From: a virus
Lineage: Duplodnaviria > Caudoviricetes
DNA length: 64,000 nucleotides
Virus record (IMG/VR): IMGVR_UViG_2974541498_000001
Span: 32,001-96,000 of that record
Reading direction: 5' to 3' (one strand)
The notes beneath the pieces are model-generated. The model did no database searches. It was not told where the DNA came from and was given only the letters and a program-made list of their open reading frames with translations. The translations under genes and the position numbers were made by a program. Below, in pieces: positions 63,398 to 64,000 of the stretch; position 1 is the first letter of the stretch, and every line of letters begins with the position of its first letter.

Positions 63398-64000
63398 ATG
63401 ATGGCAAAATATACGCCCGGAGATTTAGAGATATCTCCTTATTACGATAGATTTGATGACACTTCAAATATAACTTTTGTTGCTTTCGTAGCTAATAATA
63501 TCCTTCAAGGATCAGAAATGAATGAGTTACAATCCATCATTAGTTATTATATGCAATCATTAGGTAATTCCATCATGAGCGATGGTGATAAACAAGCAGG
63601 AATGGCCTATGTTCAAGATGGAACAAATATAACAATACAATCCGGGGAAGTTTATCTTGGAGGTAAAGTAAGACATTTCTTAGAGCAGACAGTTAAAATT
63701 ACCGGTGTTGGTATTGAAAATATTGGAATAAAATTAAATACGGAGATTATTACTCCCCAAGAAGACTCTTCTTTGTTAAACCCAGCCATTGGCACTCCTG
63801 GGTATCAATCACAAGGAGCTAATAGAATAAGAGAAACTGTTGAATTGGTAGCTAATGATTCTAGTGCCGTATCTATTTATACTTTCAAAGATGGTAAAAT
63901 ATATTATGTTCCAGAATCTACCCAACTAGCTAAAGTAAGCAACATGATGGCTAAACAAACATCTGAAATAGATGGAAACTTTAGAATTGGGTCATCTGGA
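63398..64000 (+). CDS. DUF4815-like baseplate/adsorption protein (runs off window)
   Basis: manual translation MMAKYTPGDLEISPYYDRFD...LQGSEMNELQSI...G.VYLGGKVR...GA.RI.E. Confidence 0.8.
   Translation, partial: MMAKYTPGDLEISPYYDRFDDTSNITFVAFVANNILQGSEMNELQSIISYYMQSLGNSIMSDGDKQAGMAYVQDGTNITIQSGEVYLGGKVRHFLEQTVKITGVGIENIGIKLNTEIITPQEDSSLLNPAIGTPGYQSQGANRIRETVELVANDSSAVSIYTFKDGKIYYVPESTQLAKVSNMMAKQTSEIDGNFRIGSSG

Overview
64-kb segment of a large AT-rich lytic myovirus genome with SPO1/Twort-like (Herelleviridae-type) gene order. The host is most likely a lactobacillus, inferred from host-like PnuC, N-deoxyribosyltransferase, PgpA and Apf-like LysM genes. 1-16.9 kb (minus strand): early/middle accessory genes (two AAA ATPases, PcfJ-like protein, dUTPase, two fibre-like mosaic proteins, free-standing HNH, LysM protein). 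17.0-19.6 kb (plus): small and large terminase. 19.7-33.2 kb (minus): an accessory block with a GIY-YIG nuclease fused to 7 tandem 15-aa variable repeats, a Tad2/DUF2829-like fusion, nucleoside salvage genes, 11 tRNAs and several unannotated structured RNAs (a ~390-nt pseudoknotted RNA, two aberrant tRNA-like RNAs, an anti-Shine-Dalgarno hairpin). 33.3-64 kb (plus): portal, protease, scaffold, capsid, neck, sheath, tube, chaperones with a probable +1 frameshift, tape measure, tail lysin, spike and baseplate. The best candidates for a new system are the GIY-YIG/variable-repeat protein (possible modular nucleic-acid recognition code) and the ncRNA set in the tRNA region. All calls come from manual reading and motif recall; no searches were run.
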